A stretch of 64,000 nucleotides of DNA from Bacillota bacterium (lineage in GTDB: Bacteria; Bacillota; Clostridia; Peptostreptococcales; Anaerovoracaceae): positions 25,379-89,378 of the forward strand of contig DAISVU010000006.1 in assembly GCA_036839975.1 (NCBI GenBank). The letters run 5' to 3'. Within the stretch, counting starts at the first letter, position 1. Every line of letters begins with the position of its first letter. The notes under the pieces were generated by a model. The model did not search any database, was not told where the DNA came from, and saw only the letters and a list, made by a program, of their open reading frames with translations. Below are positions 9,512 to 21,097 of this stretch, in pieces. The translations under genes were made by a program, and so were the position numbers.

Positions 9512-10357
9512 ATGTTTTTTGATTCACATACACATTTGAATTGTGAGGCATATTCCGATAGGGAACGCCGGGCTGTTATCAATACAATAGAAAATTCAAA
9601 AGTCGACTATGCAGTTGATGTGGGAACGGATCTGGGATCTTCTTTTTTGACTGTGCAGTTGGTTAAAGAGCTGCTGTGGTGTTACGGAGCTGTGGGATAT
9701 CATCCTCACTATGCTGATCAGATGGGAGACACGGAGCTTATGATGATAAAGAGCCTTGCTAAAAAGGACAAGATCGCGGCTATAGGTGAGATCGGTCTTG
9801 ATTTTCATTATGACAACTCGGAACGTGACAATCAGCGGAAAGCTTTCAGGAAACAGATAAGACTTGCAAATGAGCTGATGATGCCTATAATGATACATTC
9901 ACGAGGCGCGGATCAGGAAACTATGAACATACTGAAAGAAGAAGGCGCTTTTTCAGATGAAAGAAAGAGGTGCTTTGCCGGTCGCAGAGTTCCGGAAGGT
10001 GGCAAGGAATGGGCAGGCTGCAGCGGCGATGCGCGCGTAATGCTGCACTGCTATTCGGGAAGTGCAGAGATGGGCAGGCAGTATGTGAAGCTGGGTGCTA
10101 CACTTTCTATAGCGGGTCCGGTGACTTATAGGAACAATAAAAAGACGATTAGCGTAGTGGAGCAGATACCTATAGAGTTTCTGCTTGTTGAAACTGACGC
10201 GCCGTTTTTGGCGCCTGAGCCTCTGCGGGGGAAAGAGAATGTCTCGCCTTATATAGAGCATACTGTCAAAAAGATTGCTGAAATAAAAGATATTGATCTT
10301 GAGAAAGCTGCCGATGAGACAAAAAAAAATGCAATGGTATTTTTTAATATAAAATAA
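9512..10357 (+). CDS. tatD: TatD-family metal-dependent hydrolase
   Basis: FDSHTHLN start motif, EIGLDFHY, IHSR, HCYSGS, ETDAPFL. Carries a ~25-aa internal insertion. Confidence 0.85.
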   Translation: MFFDSHTHLNCEAYSDRERRAVINTIENSKVDYAVDVGTDLGSSFLTVQLVKELLWCYGAVGYHPHYADQMGDTELMMIKSLAKKDKIAAIGEIGLDFHYDNSERDNQRKAFRKQIRLANELMMPIMIHSRGADQETMNILKEEGAFSDERKRCFAGRRVPEGGKEWAGCSGDARVMLHCYSGSAEMGRQYVKLGATLSIAGPVTYRNNKKTISVVEQIPIEFLLVETDAPFLAPEPLRGKENVSPYIEHTVKKIAEIKDIDLEKAADETKKNAMVFFNIK

Positions 10358-10364
10358 AAATGTC

Positions 10365-11954
10365 ATGTTAAAAAAGAGAGTACTCGACACAGTTAGAAAA
10401 CATAACCTGATAAACATGGGAGACCATATCGTGATCGGCCTTTCGGGGGGGCCTGATTCAGTGTGTCTTTTTCATGTTCTCAAAGATCTTTCGGCGGAAC
10501 TTGGTTGTACGCTGCACACGGTGCACGTAAACCACATGTTCAGACCCTATGCGGCTGAGGAGGATCAAAGATATGCTGAACGGCTTGCGGCGAAGTCGGG
10601 AATTGACCACAGGACATATGTGATCGACTGCAAAGCATCGGCAGAAGAGCTTGGAGTATCGCATGAAGAAGCGGGCAGAAAAGCCAGATATGACGCATTC
10701 AGCGAACGTGCCCGTGAGATAGCCGAAGCCGAAGTATCCGCGTCAGCAGCTATGCCGGGAAATGATGATGCAAAAAGTATGCAGAGGGAAAGCTTGCCGT
10801 CGGAAAAGGTAAAGATCGCCGTTGCGCATAACAGAAATGACCAGGCGGAGACGCTGCTGATAAGACTGATGCGCGGCACCGGCACGCGCGGGCTTGCGGG
10901 GATGGAATACCTGCGGCGAAGAGAAAGAGCCTCGGTCATTATAAGGCCGCTTCTTGATATAGACAGAAACGAGATAGAACGTTATTGTAAGATACATGTG
11001 CTTGCACCCAGAACGGATGAGTCAAATTTTAAACCTGTTTATACTCGAAACAAGGTCAGGCTTGAGTTGATCCCGTTCATAGAGGAGCATTTTGGAATCG
11101 ATATAACATCGAGCATGAACAGGCTTGCAGCGGCGGCAGGCGAAGAAAACGAGTTTATGACAAAGATCGTGGAGGAAGAGCTTGCGCTTATAACTGCTGA
11201 TAAAAGTGAAGAGCCGGGCAATCCGCAGAGAAAGACCTTGATGCTTGACGGCCTGAAAAAAGCCGCACCGGCTCTCAGACATCGCATGCTCATAATGGCT
11301 TTTGAGGGGATCGGACTCGTGCAGGACATCTCAGCTGCGCATATAGAGGCGGCAGATGCTGTTATTGAAAAGGGTGAAACTTCAAAGAGCGTTGATTTTC
11401 CTCATGGATATGTGTTGCAAACAGAATATGAAAAGGTGATACTGAAAAAAAGATATTCAGGCGCTGAAAAATCCTCACCGGAAGAAGCCTGCAGCAGGGG
11501 AACCGCCGGCGTCATTAAGAATCCATACAGAAAAAAAGTTTTTGCCGTTGACAGAACGAAAGCCGAAATGCTAAAAGAACAGGTAAACTGGCATATGGGC
11601 GTGCATTCACCGTGCGGCCCGCCCGGGCTTTATGCAAGAGTCTTCTTCGACTGGGATGCGATTAAAAGAGAAAAAGAAGCTGTCTCCATAAAGGATATCG
11701 AGGTCAGAACCCGCATGAGCGGTGATTTTTTCAGCCTGGGGGCAGGCAGAGGCAGAAAGAAGATAAAAGAGTACTTCATAGATGTCAAAATGCCGAGATA
11801 TATGAGGGATAAACTTCCTCTTGCAGCAATAGGACATGAAGTGCTTTGGGTAGCCGGAAACGGCACGGATATAAGAGACAGATACAGTGGGAAGTACAGG
11901 GTTGATGACGATACAAAAACGGTACTGGTTATTGAACTTTTCGACTGCATATGA
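10365..11954 (+). CDS. tilS: tRNA(Ile)-lysidine synthetase
   Basis: PP-loop GLSGGPDSVCL, AHNRNDQAETLL, and a C-terminal TilS domain (SGDFF...KIKEYFID). Confidence 0.9.
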   Translation: MLKKRVLDTVRKHNLINMGDHIVIGLSGGPDSVCLFHVLKDLSAELGCTLHTVHVNHMFRPYAAEEDQRYAERLAAKSGIDHRTYVIDCKASAEELGVSHEEAGRKARYDAFSERAREIAEAEVSASAAMPGNDDAKSMQRESLPSEKVKIAVAHNRNDQAETLLIRLMRGTGTRGLAGMEYLRRRERASVIIRPLLDIDRNEIERYCKIHVLAPRTDESNFKPVYTRNKVRLELIPFIEEHFGIDITSSMNRLAAAAGEENEFMTKIVEEELALITADKSEEPGNPQRKTLMLDGLKKAAPALRHRMLIMAFEGIGLVQDISAAHIEAADAVIEKGETSKSVDFPHGYVLQTEYEKVILKKRYSGAEKSSPEEACSRGTAGVIKNPYRKKVFAVDRTKAEMLKEQVNWHMGVHSPCGPPGLYARVFFDWDAIKREKEAVSIKDIEVRTRMSGDFFSLGAGRGRKKIKEYFIDVKMPRYMRDKLPLAAIGHEVLWVAGNGTDIRDRYSGKYRVDDDTKTVLVIELFDCI

Positions 11955-12188
11955 TAAAATAATCAACCGAGTTCCGGCAGATGCAAATAGAGATGAGCTT
12001 AGAATGATAGGAATCTCTTCAAAATAAAAAATAAGAATGCTGCGGTTTTGAAATAAAAGCGAAAGGCGAGCAGAAAGCATAACATTTCAAACATGAAGAG
12101 AAAACCGGAACACATATATTTTAGTAAAACCCGGGGAATATTGAAAATATATAGTCATTTAAAACACAGACTATGAGAGGAGCGAGAT

Positions 12189-14531
12189 TTGAAGAAGAGA
12201 GCAGGCAGAAATATAATAATTTATTTGCTCATAATAGCAAGTGTGTTGTTTCTCGCAGTACTGTGGGGAGGCAACGGTAACGAGCCTAAGGAAATAAAAT
12301 ATTCAAAATTCATATCGATGTTGGAAGGCAAGGAATTTTCATCGGTTGTGCTTAACGATGATGACTACACTATTGAAGGAAGGTCATCCTCGGGCAGGGC
12401 GTATATAACTTATGCCGGAAGTGTGTTTACATTCGACAGAATATGCCGTGAATACCTTGACAAGATGGCCAGGGAGAATTCGCTTACAATAGAATATGCA
12501 AAACCTAAGAAATCATCTGCGATACTGAGCATGATACCTACGATTATAATGATAATAGCTATGATCTTCTTTTTCTTTATTATCATGAATCAGAGTGGCG
12601 GCGGAGGCAAGGCTATGTCGTTCGGCAAGAGCAAGGCCAAGATGCAGAAGAGCGGCGACAACAAGAAAGTCACATTTGATGACGTAGCGGGACTTGATGA
12701 GGAAAAAGAGGAACTGGAGGAGATCGTTGATTTTCTTAAACGACCGCGCAAGTACAGCGCTTTGGGAGCAAGGATCCCTAAAGGCATACTGCTGGTCGGA
12801 TCTCCGGGAACAGGCAAGACATATATCTCAAAAGCTACTGCAGGTGAGGCCGGAGTGCCGTTTTTCACCATAAGCGGATCTGATTTTGTGGAAATGTTTG
12901 TCGGTGTAGGCGCATCCAGAGTCAGAGACCTGTTTGAACAGGCAAAGAAAAATGCGCCCTGCATAGTGTTTATAGACGAGATTGATGCGGTCGGCAGAAA
13001 AAGAGGCGCTGGGCTCGGCGGCGGACACGATGAAAGAGAGCAGACACTGAATCAGCTCCTGGTAGAAATGGACGGTTTTGCGGACAATCTCGGAATTATC
13101 GTGCTGGCGGCGACTAACCGTCCTGATATTCTCGATCCTGCACTGTTAAGACCGGGCAGATTTGACAGACAGATAGTAATCGGGATACCTGATATCAGGG
13201 GTAGAGAAGAGATATTCAAGATACACTCGAAAAACAAGCCTCTTGCCGATGAGGTGCAGCCTAAAGTTCTTGCGAGAAGGACTCCGGGCTTCACTCCTGC
13301 GGATATTGAAAACCTGCTGAATGAAGCGGCACTTCTCACTGCAAGGAGAAACGGCCTAAAGATAAGAATGGATGAAATAGAAGAGGCCATAACAAAGGTA
13401 ATAGCAGGTCCTGAGAAGAAGAGCAGAGTCATAAGTGAAGACGAAAGGAAACTTACAGCTTACCACGAGGCCGGACATGCTATCGTTGCAAGAGCGCTTC
13501 CGAAGTCGGATCCTGTTCATCAGATCACGATCGTGCCGAGAGGACGCGCGGGCGGGTTCACTATGACGCTTCCTAAGGAAGACAAGCAGTACGGAACCAA
13601 GGAGAGAATGAAGGAGCAGATAGTGCATCTGCTGGGAGGTCGTGTGGCCGAAATGCTGACGCTCGATGATATCAGCACGGGTGCGAGCAACGATATAATG
13701 AGGGCTACAGAGATTGCAAAGGATATGGTTACCAAGTACGGATTCAGTGAAAAGCTCGGCCCTGTAAATTACAGTTCATCCGATGAAGTATTTCTGGGAA
13801 AAGATTTTACAAGCAAACAGAATTATTCGGAAGAAACTGCAAATGAGATAGATGAAGAGATAAAGTCTATAATTGAAGACGGATACGAAAGAGCGAAGAA
13901 CATCCTCATGGAAAATCTCGATAAGCTTTACACTGTAGCGGAAGCACTGCTGGCTATAGAGACTTTGGATGGAGCGCAGTTTGAAGCGCTGTATACAGGA
14001 AAGATAGACGCACAGGAGCTCGCAGATGAAGTTCAGAGGAAAGAAGATGATATCATGCGCGCGAACAGGGCGGAGGCTGCCGAAGCAGAACGGCTGCATA
14101 AACAACGGGAGGAAGAAGAAAGACAAACTCAGAAACAGGGGACGGACATGGCAGATATTCCCGAATGGATGGAAAATATGCCGCCGTTCTATGTAAGTGA
14201 TGAATACAAGAAAAAACACATGAAAGATCAAAGCGATAATGACGAAGAGGATGATTCCTACGTCGGCCCTCGTCCGAGCAGTCCGTACAGAGGCGGAAAG
14301 ATAAAGAGCCCGCGGCTGTCAGGGTCTGAGAGAAAAAAGACTGAGAAAGACGGGGTTTCTGCGGTATCTGAAGAAGAACACGATACGCCGACGGCTGAAG
14401 ATGAACTTCCGGGTGAAGAGGATTTGGCAAGATATGATACAGATTATTTTGCTGATGATGCGCCCAAAAACGATAAATCCGATGACGGCATGGAAAAAGG
14501 AGATTCTGACAACAGAGATGAAAGTCAATAA
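12189..14531 (+). CDS. ftsH: ATP-dependent zinc metalloprotease FtsH with long acidic C-terminal extension
   Basis: TTG start after GAGAGGAG. Walker A GSPGTGKT, Walker B FIDEIDA, SRH region, HEAGH zinc site. Confidence 0.97.
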   Translation: MKKRAGRNIIIYLLIIASVLFLAVLWGGNGNEPKEIKYSKFISMLEGKEFSSVVLNDDDYTIEGRSSSGRAYITYAGSVFTFDRICREYLDKMARENSLTIEYAKPKKSSAILSMIPTIIMIIAMIFFFFIIMNQSGGGGKAMSFGKSKAKMQKSGDNKKVTFDDVAGLDEEKEELEEIVDFLKRPRKYSALGARIPKGILLVGSPGTGKTYISKATAGEAGVPFFTISGSDFVEMFVGVGASRVRDLFEQAKKNAPCIVFIDEIDAVGRKRGAGLGGGHDEREQTLNQLLVEMDGFADNLGIIVLAATNRPDILDPALLRPGRFDRQIVIGIPDIRGREEIFKIHSKNKPLADEVQPKVLARRTPGFTPADIENLLNEAALLTARRNGLKIRMDEIEEAITKVIAGPEKKSRVISEDERKLTAYHEAGHAIVARALPKSDPVHQITIVPRGRAGGFTMTLPKEDKQYGTKERMKEQIVHLLGGRVAEMLTLDDISTGASNDIMRATEIAKDMVTKYGFSEKLGPVNYSSSDEVFLGKDFTSKQNYSEETANEIDEEIKSIIEDGYERAKNILMENLDKLYTVAEALLAIETLDGAQFEALYTGKIDAQELADEVQRKEDDIMRANRAEAAEAERLHKQREEEERQTQKQGTDMADIPEWMENMPPFYVSDEYKKKHMKDQSDNDEEDDSYVGPRPSSPYRGGKIKSPRLSGSERKKTEKDGVSAVSEEEHDTPTAEDELPGEEDLARYDTDYFADDAPKNDKSDDGMEKGDSDNRDESQ

Positions 14532-14563
14532 TTTCTGAAAATATATGCGCACGAGGTGTATAA

Positions 14564-16144
14564 ATGAAAGTCTCTATCAGAGAATGCCTCGAGCTGAGCG
14601 CATTCAGCGGGGCGCAGGTGCTTGCCGGAAAAAACAATCTTGGAAGAGATGTAAAGACAGTATCTGTGCTTGAGGCGAGAAATGCAGATGATATGAAGTT
14701 TTATGAAAGGGAAAAAGGCCAGTTGCTTATGACGGGCTTTTTTGCCGTAGGGAATGATGTCGATACACAGTGTGAGATCATAAAAAAGGCTGAAAATGAC
14801 GGACATACGGGTCTGGCAGTGTTTTTTAAGGACAATGCACATGAGGTGGACGATAAAGTCATAAAGACTGCCGATGAGCTTGATTTCCCTCTTATCCTGA
14901 TGCCCTATGAGGAAGATGCCAACTATGCGCGGGTAATCACTCAGATAATGGCGAAGATACTCTACAGTGATAATTTCAGTAATCGACTGATAAGTAATAC
15001 GATATTCCATCTGTTGAACTTTGAAAAGCACAGCAGCTTTCAGGAAGCCTTGAGGCAGGCTGCCATCAACAATGATTTTCAGATAATAATATTAAGCGAG
15101 GATTTCAACCCCATACTCACAGTTGAGACGCGCCACGATGCGACTATTGCGGACGCCATAAGGCTTGGCAAGGAAAGACAGGTTGAAAAGCAGCCGGATG
15201 AGGTCTACACGATGATCGATGTAAACGGTGTGCTGACATACTGGGGACCTGTAAATATCAGTGGAGAAAAATACTTTATGTTCATTGTCGACAATGAGGA
15301 TTCGTATTCGGCAGGTGATATCACAAAACTTGCAGAGATAATAGAACTGGCGATGGGCATGTGGAAATATACTCCGGAACGCGATGCCAGGGCTGAATTC
15401 ATCAAGGCGCTGATACGCGGCAACAAATCTCTTGCATATTCGCTGCAGGATGAAGCCGGTGTAGGCTCAGATGAGATAGTCAGCGTATTTATGGGCAAAG
15501 GTCTCGAAAAGGGCCGGGCGCTTAAGACGATGGATACGTTTGAGTCGGCGGAAGAGCTCAATATAATGAAGGTAACTGAAGATGACGAGATATACGGCCT
15601 TATCATAAACGAGGAATCCGGAGAAAAAGGCGGGAATATAGCGGCATGTGTGAAGTGCATAAAACTTTTTGACCGAATGAAGGAAGACAAGGATATCAGA
15701 ATATTCCATGTGACGGATATCGACGGAATAGAAGGGGCCGGAGATGCCTGCAGGCTCATCAGTGAGAGCTGGGCATTTGTGCAAAATGTATTTCCTTATA
15801 AAAGGATATTTACAAAATATGAAATGGCGCTCATCAGTAACTGCATAAGCATCCAGCTGCAGGGCGGCCATGTAAAGAGAAACTACATGAAGCTGCTCGA
15901 GGCTTTTGACCGGGCGGGAGAAAATAAGAGTAAACAACTGCAGGACACGTTGGAAACATTCGTTCTGGACGCGGGGATGTCGAGCAGTAAAACTGCAAAA
16001 TTCATGCAGATTCATGCAAACACTGTGCAGTACCGGCTTAAACGGATAAACGAACTTCTGGGAGTTGAGATAACCGGCAACAGAATCATGCCGGGACTTA
16101 CTATCGCTCTGGCTTTGAAAAGACTGGAGAGAGTAGTCAGCTGA
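14564..16144 (+). CDS. PucR-family transcriptional regulator
   Basis: N-terminal PucR-like region ([18 protein letters not shown]). C-terminal HTH ([28 protein letters not shown]). Confidence 0.75.
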   Translation: MKVSIRECLELSAFSGAQVLAGKNNLGRDVKTVSVLEARNADDMKFYEREKGQLLMTGFFAVGNDVDTQCEIIKKAENDGHTGLAVFFKDNAHEVDDKVIKTADELDFPLILMPYEEDANYARVITQIMAKILYSDNFSNRLISNTIFHLLNFEKHSSFQEALRQAAINNDFQIIILSEDFNPILTVETRHDATIADAIRLGKERQVEKQPDEVYTMIDVNGVLTYWGPVNISGEKYFMFIVDNEDSYSAGDITKLAEIIELAMGMWKYTPERDARAEFIKALIRGNKSLAYSLQDEAGVGSDEIVSVFMGKGLEKGRALKTMDTFESAEELNIMKVTEDDEIYGLIINEESGEKGGNIAACVKCIKLFDRMKEDKDIRIFHVTDIDGIEGAGDACRLISESWAFVQNVFPYKRIFTKYEMALISNCISIQLQGGHVKRNYMKLLEAFDRAGENKSKQLQDTLETFVLDAGMSSSKTAKFMQIHANTVQYRLKRINELLGVEITGNRIMPGLTIALALKRLERVVS

Positions 16145-16173
16145 TTTGCGGGAAGATCCCGCAGGGGAGGAAA

Positions 16174-17022
16174 ATGAACATGCTGCTTGGATTCGATGTG
16201 GGAAACTCCAATATAGTACTTGGGGTTTTCAAAGACGGAAAGCTGATTCAGAGTTGGAGAATGGAGACTGATAACAACAAAAGCTCTGATGAATACGGTA
16301 TGCTGGTGCACCAGCTGTTTGAACACGAAGCTCTTAAATTCAATGATGTTAAAGATATTATCATATCGACCGTGGTGCCGTCTGTGCTGTATACATTGCA
16401 GCACCTTGCGATAAAATATTTTCACAAGAAGGCTATCGTTATAGGACCGGGAGTCAAGACCGGCATACTTATCAAATATGACAATCCCAAACAGGTCGGA
16501 GCAGACCGCATTGTAAATGCAGTTGCGGCGCATTCAAAGTACAGAGGACCTCTGATAGTAATTGATTTCGGAACAGCGACTACTTTCTGCGCAATATCCG
16601 AAAAAGCCGAATATCTGGGAGGAAGCATAGCACCGGGATTGAAGATATCATCGGAAGCGCTTTTTGAAAAAACATCTAAACTGCCAAAGGTGGAACTGGA
16701 AGAACCGGGATCGACTATATGCAGGAATACGATTGAAAGTATGCAGGCGGGACTGGTATATGGCCATATGGGCATGGTTGACTTTATAATAAAGCGTATG
16801 AAGTCCGAGATCAGGCAGCAGTGCGGGAACAGACCTGCAAAAGTCATAGCCACGGGAGGACTTTCGAGCATGATCGAAGCGGGGATCGATTCGATCGATT
16901 ATGTTGACAAGATGCTTACATTGGAAGGCCTCGCAATAATATATGAAAAGAATCGCAGAGATCACAGAAATGATATAAAAAATACTGAAGATTATGAAAG
17001 GTATAGCGGTGACCATTCGTGA
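16174..17022 (+). CDS. coaX: type III pantothenate kinase
   Basis: [36 protein letters not shown] and IDFGTATTF motifs. Confidence 0.9.
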   Translation: MNMLLGFDVGNSNIVLGVFKDGKLIQSWRMETDNNKSSDEYGMLVHQLFEHEALKFNDVKDIIISTVVPSVLYTLQHLAIKYFHKKAIVIGPGVKTGILIKYDNPKQVGADRIVNAVAAHSKYRGPLIVIDFGTATTFCAISEKAEYLGGSIAPGLKISSEALFEKTSKLPKVELEEPGSTICRNTIESMQAGLVYGHMGMVDFIIKRMKSEIRQQCGNRPAKVIATGGLSSMIEAGIDSIDYVDKMLTLEGLAIIYEKNRRDHRNDIKNTEDYERYSGDHS

Positions 17023-18166
17023 CGATGTAGCTATGCGTGAATTTATCCGTAATGATGCAGCTGATACAGGAGATCTCCACATAGGCGGAGTAAAACTTGA
17101 TAACCCGTTCCTGCTCGCTCCGCTTGCGGGAATAACAGACGCACCCATGAGAGGTATCTGCAAGGCTCAGGGTGCGGCTTTAGTATATACGGAAATGGTC
17201 AGCTGCAAAGGCATGTGGTACCATGACAAAAATACAGAGCATCTGCTCATGACTACTGAAGATGAAAAGCCGGTGGCATTTCAGATATTCGGAAAAGAAC
17301 CGGATATGTTTGAATTTACTGTACGCGAATTTTACAGTCATGAAAATGCTGTTATCGACATAAACATGGGATGCCCCGTACCGAAGATAGTCAAAAATGG
17401 TGAAGGTGCAGCGCTGCTTAAAGATCTCGATCTCATATATGAGATCGTATCGTCGGCTGTTAATGCATCTGAAAAGGCTGCGGCCGAAAAAGGCAGGCAA
17501 GTAATCTCTGAACATGCGAAAACCAAAGGCGGAACATATGACGGAGCAGCTACGGAGAGGCGGCCGGGTATATCTGTGAAGCCGGTGACTGCTAAAATAC
17601 GTACAGGATGGGACAGCAATCATACAGTGGCGGTCGAAGCGGCAAAAACTTTAGAAGCGGCGGGCGCTGCGGCAGTAGCGGTACATGGGAGAACGCGAGA
17701 GCAGTATTACAAAGGCAAGGCGGACTGGGATCAGATACGCAAGGTCAAAGAAGCGGTAAATATCCCGGTAATAGGCAACGGCGATGTTTTCTGCGGGAAG
17801 GATGCTTTGGATATGATGCGGCATACGGGGTGTGATATGGTTATGATCGCGCGCGGAGCACTGGGCAACCCCTGGATATTTAAAGAAGCCGTGGCGATGT
17901 GGTCAGGAGAAGAAGTGCCGCCGCGACCTGCATTCAATGAAAAAGTCGATATGATGATTCATCATTTGGAGAGACTTGTTGAGGCAAAGGGTGAGTATGC
18001 GGCAGTGCGCGAGATGCGAAAGCATGCGGGCTGGTACCTAAAAGGCATATACGGTGCGGCATCCGCACGGCAAAGAATAAATCAGATTACTTCCGCTGAA
18101 GAAATGAGTGCGGAATTTAAAAGTTACAAAAAAAGTAGGCGGAGAAGATCACAGGTGCCGGAGTAA
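16994..18166 (+). CDS. dusB: tRNA-dihydrouridine synthase
   Basis: [20 protein letters not shown] and the HGRTREQYY motif. The start is uncertain (16994 or 17033). Contains a ~40-aa insertion. Confidence 0.88.
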   Translation: MKGIAVTIRDDVAMREFIRNDAADTGDLHIGGVKLDNPFLLAPLAGITDAPMRGICKAQGAALVYTEMVSCKGMWYHDKNTEHLLMTTEDEKPVAFQIFGKEPDMFEFTVREFYSHENAVIDINMGCPVPKIVKNGEGAALLKDLDLIYEIVSSAVNASEKAAAEKGRQVISEHAKTKGGTYDGAATERRPGISVKPVTAKIRTGWDSNHTVAVEAAKTLEAAGAAAVAVHGRTREQYYKGKADWDQIRKVKEAVNIPVIGNGDVFCGKDALDMMRHTGCDMVMIARGALGNPWIFKEAVAMWSGEEVPPRPAFNEKVDMMIHHLERLVEAKGEYAAVREMRKHAGWYLKGIYGAASARQRINQITSAEEMSAEFKSYKKSRRRRSQVPE

Positions 18167-18214
18167 ACTTTATGCAGTCGTTGTTTATAATAGTTCGACA
18201 GTATGTCTGCGGAT

Positions 18215-18784
18215 CTACAGAGGCGGAAGCTGAGAACGTATGAAGTCTGCAATGAATTTCTGCCCCGCGACAGTCGGGTGTACACCGTCAACGAAATCAC
18301 TGCAGGCTTTGAATCCCTCCTGCAGATCGATTACCTGACAGCCGGACTCTTCAGCATAGTCTTTCATAAGTGCAGCAAGCTGTTTCAGTTTGACGCAAGC
18401 TGTCTCATAGTCTGCCGGGATCCAGCTTGCTGAAGCTTTTTCGGGATCGCACAGTATCGGAGTCAGAAGTATCATGCGGCCGCCTTGCACCGTTACAGCT
18501 TCAGATAACTCTTTTATATCTTTCATGCATTTTTCAACAGTTGAACTGCCCATTATGAAGTCATTGCTTCCGGTAAGAAGCATTACGCATCCGGGGTGTT
18601 TTGACAGCACGTCATGTTCAAAACGATATTTCATTCCGGCTGTAGTGTCCCCGTTGACGCCCTTGTTGATCACATTATAATCCGTGGTATCACGAAGAAT
18701 ACTCGAAAAACTCTGGCTTCGCCTGTGTGGAAATCCGTTGACTATGCTGTTGCCTATGCAGACCAAAATGTTGTTGTTGCTCAT
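18215..18784 (-). CDS. SGNH/GDSL-family hydrolase
   Basis: GGGAGA RBS before ATG at 18784. Block I CIGNSI, block III GSNDF, block V DGVHPT. Confidence 0.7.
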   Translation of the reverse strand: MSNNNILVCIGNSIVNGFPHRRSQSFSSILRDTTDYNVINKGVNGDTTAGMKYRFEHDVLSKHPGCVMLLTGSNDFIMGSSTVEKCMKDIKELSEAVTVQGGRMILLTPILCDPEKASASWIPADYETACVKLKQLAALMKDYAEESGCQVIDLQEGFKACSDFVDGVHPTVAGQKFIADFIRSQLPPL

Positions 18785-19018
18785 TTTAAAAATCTCCCGG
18801 TGGATATAAGTTATGCTGCTTCCAGTATAACGGCTGAATATGTGGAATATTATATACTGTTCTATGCGGCAAAACAACGGTATCCTTGACTTTGAATATA
18901 TCGTAGAATAAAATTATCATGCAGTTAAATCACGGCGCATCATTTGTATAATAAATGGGTGTATTTGTTTTTTAGCTGCATAATATTTATATCCTGCCTG
19001 TTTTGAAAGGAGACAAAG

Positions 19019-21004
19019 ATGACAGCTGTACTGGGAATGATAAAAGTCGGCGCTGCCGTGCCGGTACTGAAAGTGGCGGATACTGATTTTAACAGTGATG
19101 AGATCATAAGAATAATAAAAGAATCTGAAAAAGAAGAAACCGGCGTTCTGCTCTTCCCTGAGCTTTGCATCACCGGGTACAGCTGCGGGGATCTGTTCTA
19201 TCAGGATCAGCTTTATAACAAACAGCTTGAGGCTCTTGAAAATATCACTAAAGCGACGGAGAGCATTGACGTGACAGTGATAGCGGGGTTTTACCTGCAT
19301 ATCAAAAACGATTTGTACAACTGCGCTGCAGTGATTCAGCACGGTGAAATAAAAGGGGTAGTGCCGAAGATGTTTATGCCGAATTCGGAGGAGTTCTATG
19401 AGGCGAGATGGTTCGCTTCAGGCCTTGATATTTCGGAACAGACAGATACCGTAAATGTAAATGATTGTGAAGTGCCGTTTGGCAATTTGATTTTTGAAGA
19501 TTTAAAAAACAGATTTTCTTTTGGAATAGAGATTTGCGAGGATCTGTGGCTCCCGATTTCACCGGGGTCACAGTTGGTATTGAGCGGCGCGCAGGTACTG
19601 TTCAATCCGTCAGCGAGCAATGAGACGATTGGAAAGTCCGAGTACAGACGAACTCTAGTTCTTTCTCAGAGCGGAAAGGGCATATGCGGATATGTATATA
19701 CGTCATCGGGAGTAACAGAATCGACGACTGACGTTGTATTCATAGGACACAGCATGGCAGCGGAAAACGGTATAATGCTGGCGGAAAACAAAGAGTGTTA
19801 TAGCCGTGAAAGCACTGTTATATATACAGAGATAGATATAGACAAGATCAGATTTAAAAGACGGCATGAGCACAATTTCACCAAGTCGGGGAACGCCTAT
19901 TGCAGTACATATTTTGAGAGCATAGTCATGGATACGATGAGATTTGCAGCTGATGCTGCAAATCTGACGCGCAACTTCAGTAAAACTCCGTTTGTACCCG
20001 CTGATGACGAGGAGATAAATAGCAGGTGCGAGGATATCTTCAATATTCAGGGAGCAGGGCTTGCCAAGAGGATCGATCATTCGCGCAGCAGAAAGTCAGT
20101 GGTCGGCATTTCCGGAGGCCTCGACTCCACACTTGCTTTGCTTGTAACTGTATACGCGCATAAGCTTTTGGGACGAAGTACCGGAGATATTGCGGCGGTG
20201 ACGATGCCCGGATTCGGAACGACAGGCATGACATACAACAACGCGCTTGCTTTGATGAGACTTCTGGGAACCGATGTGAGAGAGATTTCGATCTCGGATT
20301 CAGTGCTGCAACATTTTAAAGATGTGGGACAGAATAAAGATCTGCATGATGTCACATATGAAAATGCACAGGCGCGCGAACGCACACAGATACTGATGGA
20401 TATTGCGAATATGGAAGGAGGACTTGTTGTAGGAACAGGCGATCTTTCTGAACTGGCGCTCGGATGGTGCACATATAATGGAGACCATATGTCTATGTAC
20501 GGCGTAAATGCGGGGGTACCGAAAACGCTGGTGAGTTTTGTCATTAAGTGGGTTATAGAAAACAGACTGCAGGGGCCTGATGAAGACCAGGGATTCAGTT
20601 CAGACAATAAAAAGCTTGCGGAGATACTGCAGGCGATCCTGGATACGCCGATTTCACCTGAGCTTCTGCCTCCGGATGAAAATGGAGAAATAGTTCAGAA
20701 AACAGAAGACAAGGTAGGTCCGTATGAGCTTCATGATTTTTTCATATTCCATACGCTGCGCGCAGGCATGCCGCCTGCAAAACTCTTCCTTATTGCAAAG
20801 CGGGCTTTCAAAGGCGTGTATGATGATGCGGTGATCAATAAGTGGATGAATGTGTTTTACGGCAGATTTTTTTCGCAGCAGTTTAAGCGAAGCTGTCTTC
20901 CGGACGGACCTAAGGTTGGATCTGTAAGCCTTTCACCGCGGGGAGACTGGCGCATGCCGAGTGATGCGGAAGTGGCTGCCTGGATTGAAGAAACCTGGCG
21001 CTGA
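19019..21004 (+). CDS. nadE: glutamine-dependent NAD+ synthase (CN-hydrolase domain plus NAD synthetase domain)
   Basis: AAAGGAG RBS. N-terminal nitrilase-like domain (FPELCITGY, ICEDLW). C-terminal PP-loop (GISGGLDST). Confidence 0.9.
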   Translation: MTAVLGMIKVGAAVPVLKVADTDFNSDEIIRIIKESEKEETGVLLFPELCITGYSCGDLFYQDQLYNKQLEALENITKATESIDVTVIAGFYLHIKNDLYNCAAVIQHGEIKGVVPKMFMPNSEEFYEARWFASGLDISEQTDTVNVNDCEVPFGNLIFEDLKNRFSFGIEICEDLWLPISPGSQLVLSGAQVLFNPSASNETIGKSEYRRTLVLSQSGKGICGYVYTSSGVTESTTDVVFIGHSMAAENGIMLAENKECYSRESTVIYTEIDIDKIRFKRRHEHNFTKSGNAYCSTYFESIVMDTMRFAADAANLTRNFSKTPFVPADDEEINSRCEDIFNIQGAGLAKRIDHSRSRKSVVGISGGLDSTLALLVTVYAHKLLGRSTGDIAAVTMPGFGTTGMTYNNALALMRLLGTDVREISISDSVLQHFKDVGQNKDLHDVTYENAQARERTQILMDIANMEGGLVVGTGDLSELALGWCTYNGDHMSMYGVNAGVPKTLVSFVIKWVIENRLQGPDEDQGFSSDNKKLAEILQAILDTPISPELLPPDENGEIVQKTEDKVGPYELHDFFIFHTLRAGMPPAKLFLIAKRAFKGVYDDAVINKWMNVFYGRFFSQQFKRSCLPDGPKVGSVSLSPRGDWRMPSDAEVAAWIEETWR

Positions 21005-21051
21005 CCGCGGAGCACCCATGCATACTTAAATAAAAACAGCATAAATAACAA

Positions 21052-21096
21052 AAAACTGCCGATCCGCAGCGACTTTGCAGGGCGGCGGATTTTGTA
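21052..21096. terminator. candidate bidirectional terminator between convergent nadE and the flavodoxin/ferredoxin gene
   Basis: AAAAA-CTGCCG...CGGCGG-ATTTTGTATTT. The stem is imperfect and the loop is large. Confidence 0.4.
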
Positions 21097-21097
21097 T

